Assembly: GCA_963663805.2 (NCBI GenBank)
Contig: CAXXMR010000013.1
Span: forward strand, 256,001 to 320,000
Direction of reading: 5' to 3'
DNA: 64,000 nucleotides
From: Sedimentisphaerales bacterium
GTDB taxonomy: Bacteria > Planctomycetota > Phycisphaerae > Sedimentisphaerales > SM23-30
Shown: positions 60,647 through 64,000 of the stretch, piece by piece
Numbering within the stretch: position 1 is the stretch's first letter
Layout: each line of letters begins with the position of its first letter
Program-made: the position numbers and the translations under genes
The notes under the pieces: model-generated
The model's input: the letters and a program-made list of their open reading frames with translations, nothing else
What the model was told of the DNA's origin: nothing
The model's database searches: none

Positions 60647-61396
60647 ATGAAAGAAACTAAGCAACAACAGTATAAATTTGATGAATTTGAGCAGCATGTA
60701 TCTCTTAATAATATAATTCCTGCTGGAAATGGAAAACATATTGAACTGCTCAAATATATTGCAGCCGGGATACAGAGTGGAAGTTTCAGAATAAATCCCT
60801 CTCTGTTGATTGTTGGAGAAGGGGCAAAAACTATTGGGATTGCTTTGGGAAATACTATTTGTTCTGAAGACATAAGAAAATTAGATTCAAAGTATTTTTT
60901 TGGGACTCAAAATCAAAAGGACTTTTTTGAAAATAGTTATTGTGATACGGTCCATATACTGAGCAATATAGACAAAATGGGGATGTTTGAAGGGGTTCTA
61001 TGGCATTTTTTGAGACTAAGAGAATATAAATTTACGGGGATGGATAAGACGTTTGAAATACTTCACGTCAATGGAATCATAATATTAACTGCTAAAACTA
61101 TTACATCTATCTCTCCCCCAATAATAAATGCTTTAGATTTTAAAATTAAAACTGAACCATATACTCAAGAGCAACTGGAACAGATAGTAAGTCAAAGGCT
61201 TAAATTTTGCTCTATTCATTATGAATCAGAAAATGTATTAAAGGCAATAGTTGCGAAAGGGAGTGGAGAATTAAAGCAAATCATTGATCTTCTGAAAATG
61301 TGTATTCTTCTACTTGAAGAAGAAGGCAAAAAAACTGTGACAGAGGAAATAGTTGAAAAAGCAGTCAGGTTAATAGAGAGTTTCACCAGAATATGA
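60647..61396 (+). CDS. Degenerate RuvB-like AAA+ protein
   Basis: LLIVGEGAKT (shortened Walker A), IIILTA, PYTQEQLEQIVSQR lid-like region. Confidence 0.55.
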   Translation: MKETKQQQYKFDEFEQHVSLNNIIPAGNGKHIELLKYIAAGIQSGSFRINPSLLIVGEGAKTIGIALGNTICSEDIRKLDSKYFFGTQNQKDFFENSYCDTVHILSNIDKMGMFEGVLWHFLRLREYKFTGMDKTFEILHVNGIIILTAKTITSISPPIINALDFKIKTEPYTQEQLEQIVSQRLKFCSIHYESENVLKAIVAKGSGELKQIIDLLKMCILLLEEEGKKTVTEEIVEKAVRLIESFTRI

Positions 61397-61412
61397 AAAA
61401 CTTATTTTTATA
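61385..61412 (+). promoter_or_regulatory. Repeated motif copy 4: ACCAGAAT-N16-TATA
   Basis: Overlaps the last codons of the AAA+ gene; precedes ORF 61448. Confidence 0.7.
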
Positions 61413-61447
61413 CATGTAGCAAGATAATAATTTTAGGATAAAAAGAA

Positions 61448-61702
61448 ATGATAATCAGAGCCATAACGAAAAGCAGAAATGGGTTCAGAGTCTATTTTGA
61501 GAATGGAAGAATCCTTATTCTGAAATCTTTTGATGATAATTTTCAAGGCATTTCTTATTGGGGAGAATATTGGGGCATAAATGATTTGGACATTGAGGAA
61601 GGAGAAATAATTGGGGAGCAGATCATAAACTACTGTGATTTGCCCGGCATAATTCAAAGTCATGTTGAAAAACTCTTGTCTTGTTTAGAAAATGGAGATT
61701 GA
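61448..61702 (+). CDS. Hypothetical protein
   Basis: 84-aa ORF downstream of motif copy 4 with an AGGA RBS. Confidence 0.65.
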   Translation: MIIRAITKSRNGFRVYFENGRILILKSFDDNFQGISYWGEYWGINDLDIEEGEIIGEQIINYCDLPGIIQSHVEKLLSCLENGD

Positions 61703-61976
61703 AAAAATGTCTTTGAAATTTAAATGTCCCAAATGTCAATGCGAAGATTTAGAAATAGTTGAGACCGATGTCATAATGAGTTCAAAAGTAGTTGAAATAG
61801 ATGAAGATCTATGCTTTGAATATGACCTTTTAGAATGCGATGGGGGCTATGTGGATCGGTTTCAGTGCTTCAATTGCGGGCTTGTCCTCAAGAATGAGCA
61901 GCAGGAAACGATAACCCAAGAAGAGGATGTGGTAAAATGGATAAGGGAAAACTGTCCCCAAGAGAATAATGATTAG
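61692..61976 (+). CDS. Small acidic zinc-ribbon protein
   Basis: CPKC and CFNC pairs; start may be at MSLKFKC. Confidence 0.65.
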   Translation: MEIEKMSLKFKCPKCQCEDLEIVETDVIMSSKVVEIDEDLCFEYDLLECDGGYVDRFQCFNCGLVLKNEQQETITQEEDVVKWIRENCPQENND

Positions 61977-61977
61977 A

Positions 61978-62223
61978 TTATTCGAGTTCTTTTAGCAGTC
62001 GGGAAAAGGCTTTTTTGGGGTCAATTTCGCAGGCATTACACCAGGCAATAAACTCGGTGATGTCAACACGGCGGTTTGCGGTTTCGCAGTTGTAGATATA
62101 GGATTGAGGTTTGGTAAGTAGTTGTCCTATATCCCGTTGCGTTAATTTTGCATCTTCCCTCATCTGCCTGAGAAAGCCTGGTAGAACCCGATACATCATT
62201 CTATGTTGTGATTTTGTTGCCAT
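61978..62223 (-). CDS. XRE-family HTH transcriptional regulator
   Basis: LRQMREDAKLTQRDIG..KPQSYIYNCETANRRVDITEF. Confidence 0.88.
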   Translation of the reverse strand: MATKSQHRMMYRVLPGFLRQMREDAKLTQRDIGQLLTKPQSYIYNCETANRRVDITEFIAWCNACEIDPKKAFSRLLKELE

Positions 62224-62224
62224 A

Positions 62225-62270
62225 TGACCCTAAAATAGTGTCAAAATGGCTTGACACGAGTTCAGGGTCA
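62225..62270. promoter_or_regulatory. Symmetric double operator overlapping a sigma-70 promoter
   Basis: TGACCCT-N6-GTGTCAA-N6-TTGACAC-N6-AGGGTCA; TTGACA (62251) N16 GATAAT (62273). Confidence 0.7.
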
Positions 62271-62278
62271 GAGATAAT

Positions 62279-63151
62279 ATGCCTGAATCAGAACGACCTC
62301 TAAAAAATAGGATGCAGATTATGATTAAGTTCCGTTGCAGTTCATGTAATCAGAAAATTGGCGTTCCACAGAAATATGCGGGCAAAAACGTCAAATGTCC
62401 CAAGTGCAGTTCTCCTAATTCTGTCCCCGAGCCTGACCCAACTCCCCCAGTTGAGGAACCTGTAGTTGATGATGGTTTTGGCTTATTGGGTGAGCTTCTG
62501 GAACAGGAGGAAAGTACCGCTCGTTCTGCTCAACAAGACCCTGCTACTAAACCATGTCCTTTTTGTGGTGAAAGGATTCTCAAAACGGCCAAGAAATGCA
62601 AGTATTGTGATGAGTACCTTGATAAAAAGACCAGCAGGCCAAAGCCAGTTCAGGAACCTCGCTATTATCAACAGCCAGTAGTAGTTCAATATTCAGAAAA
62701 ATGGTCTGGAGGGACTTTTGCCGGATTAATAATCGGAACCCTCTTTATCCCTCTTCTTGGTTTTATTATGGGGATTGTAGGGATGTGTAACAGAGATAAA
62801 AGGGGGCAGGGAGCCTGGTTATTCGCCCTATCATTTTTGCCTGGTATTTTATTGTTTATTGGCTTTGTAATGTTAGGAGTTGCCGCGGAGTTAGACCCGG
62901 AAACCTCAAGTTATATGCAACAGGTTGAAAGAGATACTAATGCCTTTATACAGAGTATCGAACAAGAAACTATTGCTGATGCTATCAATGAATATGAAAT
63001 AACCAAGCGAAATGGCAGTGCGATGGATGCCTACATCCGAGCCGGCATTGTTGCAGAATTATATTTACAGGCAAACGATGAAGCCAACTATGTAAAGTGG
63101 AAGAATGTAGAGAAACAGGAAGCATTCAGAGCAGATGTTCCTTGGGAATAA
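62279..63151 (+). CDS. Zinc-ribbon membrane protein (true start probably at MQIMIKF or MIKF)
   Basis: CSSC..CPKC and CPFC..CKYC zinc ribbons, two TM helices, C-terminal soluble domain. Confidence 0.75.
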   Translation: MPESERPLKNRMQIMIKFRCSSCNQKIGVPQKYAGKNVKCPKCSSPNSVPEPDPTPPVEEPVVDDGFGLLGELLEQEESTARSAQQDPATKPCPFCGERILKTAKKCKYCDEYLDKKTSRPKPVQEPRYYQQPVVVQYSEKWSGGTFAGLIIGTLFIPLLGFIMGIVGMCNRDKRGQGAWLFALSFLPGILLFIGFVMLGVAAELDPETSSYMQQVERDTNAFIQSIEQETIADAINEYEITKRNGSAMDAYIRAGIVAELYLQANDEANYVKWKNVEKQEAFRADVPWE

Positions 63152-63209
63152 ATGGCAAGAAACGGTAAGCCATTTCGAGAGTTTAAAACGACGAATAAAA
63201 GGAACTAAG

Positions 63210-63602
63210 ATGGGAAACCAAACCAAAGATTGTCCTTATTGTGGCGAACAAATTCTCTCAACTGCTCAAAAATGTAAATTTTGTAAGGAATTTCTGAATG
63301 GGGGGGTAAGGGTTCAGAATAGGCCTTCCCACAAACTTGGTGATGATGCTGGGGTAAGAATGCTCTTGCCTGTAGGCAGGAGTGGATTATCAATCTTAGC
63401 GGGTTATATGGGGATTTTTTCTTTAGCATTGATTCCTGCTCCTTTGGCAGTATTAGTCAGCATTCTAGCCATTGTTGATATTTTGAGGCATAGGGAAAAA
63501 CATGGCATGGGCAGAGCTGTTTTCGGTTTGATATTGGGCATAACCTGCTCAATTCTGCTATTCTATAATAACTTTGAGATATTACGAAAGCTTCTGGAGT
63601 AA
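63210..63602 (+). CDS. Zinc-ribbon + DUF4190-like membrane protein
   Basis: CPYCGEQI..KCKFCKE, LLPVGRSG, KHGMGRAVFG; AAGGA RBS before ATG 63210. Confidence 0.75.
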   Translation: MGNQTKDCPYCGEQILSTAQKCKFCKEFLNGGVRVQNRPSHKLGDDAGVRMLLPVGRSGLSILAGYMGIFSLALIPAPLAVLVSILAIVDILRHREKHGMGRAVFGLILGITCSILLFYNNFEILRKLLE

Positions 63603-63607
63603 TAGTC

Positions 63608-63991
63608 ATGAGTAATCAAACAAAAGCATGTCCTTATTGTGGTGAGCAGATTCTTATTTCTGCTCAAAAGTGTAAGTTCTGTAAGGAATTTCTGAATATC
63701 AACATAAGGGTTCCGAGAAGACCTGCCCAGAATCTTGGGGATGATGCTGGTATTAGAATGCTCTTGCCTGTAGGCAGAAGTGGCTTAGCGATTGCAGCAG
63801 GATATTTGGGCTTTTTTTCGGTACTCCTGTTTCCCGCTCCTATTGCTCTTCTTATTAGCATTCTAGCAATATTTGATATCAAAAAGAATGAAGAAAAACA
63901 TGGTATGGGCAGAGCTGTGTTTGGATTAATAATGGGCTCCATTTTCACTTTGGGACTAATCCTTTTTATTATTGGCGGAACAGCAAAATAA
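63608..63991 (+). CDS. Zinc-ribbon + DUF4190-like membrane protein, tandem paralog
   Basis: Same motifs as the preceding ORF (CPYCGEQIL, LGDDAG.RMLLPVGRSGL, EKHGMGRAVFGLI). Confidence 0.78.
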   Translation: MSNQTKACPYCGEQILISAQKCKFCKEFLNINIRVPRRPAQNLGDDAGIRMLLPVGRSGLAIAAGYLGFFSVLLFPAPIALLISILAIFDIKKNEEKHGMGRAVFGLIMGSIFTLGLILFIIGGTAK

Positions 63992-64000
63992 GATATTTCA

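Larger units (their letters stand above)
41440..64000. mobile_element. AT-rich integrated element / genomic island at the tRNA-Glu 3' end; right end outside the window
   Basis: Abrupt compositional shift after the tRNA; defence and mobile-element cargo; no integrase or second att copy seen in the window. Confidence 0.8.

Noticed and set aside
59017..61412. CRISPR array or integron attC sites
   Set aside because: Repeats are short, bipartite and non-palindromic, separated by whole genes; no cas or integron integrase in the window

Overview
Bacterial chromosomal window, most consistent with a Planctomycetota (Phycisphaerae-like) organism from a saline setting; this taxonomy is inferred from gene content (ThrS insert, short MnmE paralog, PEP-CTERM protein, abl osmolyte operon). 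Positions 1-41.4 kb are GC-rich core genome: an N-epsilon-acetyl-beta-lysine (ablAB) operon interrupted by an IS701-family element, trpBA, rplU, lptB, cdaA, fliM, thrS-infC-rpmI-rplT-pheS, dxr-rseP, rpmA-obgE-coaX and mutS. Several genes at 16-25 kb and 41 kb have homopolymer frameshifts that look like assembly errors. After tRNA-Glu(CTC) at 41366-41439 an AT-rich integrated element runs to the window end. It carries a defence cluster: a type I R-M system with an embedded RloC-like ATPase, then a short prokaryotic Argonaute paired with a SEFIR(TIR-superfamily)-APAZ effector. Further on are an orphan DUF3102-DNA methyltransferase, a hairpin-rich non-coding region, a sigma-70-like gene, and a run of small genes punctuated by four exactly spaced ACCAGAAT-N16-TATA motifs. 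Most notable: the SEFIR-APAZ/short pAgo system, the candidate element-specific sigma regulon, and a Thr-rich leader peptide (MFTRTTTA) upstream of thrS.
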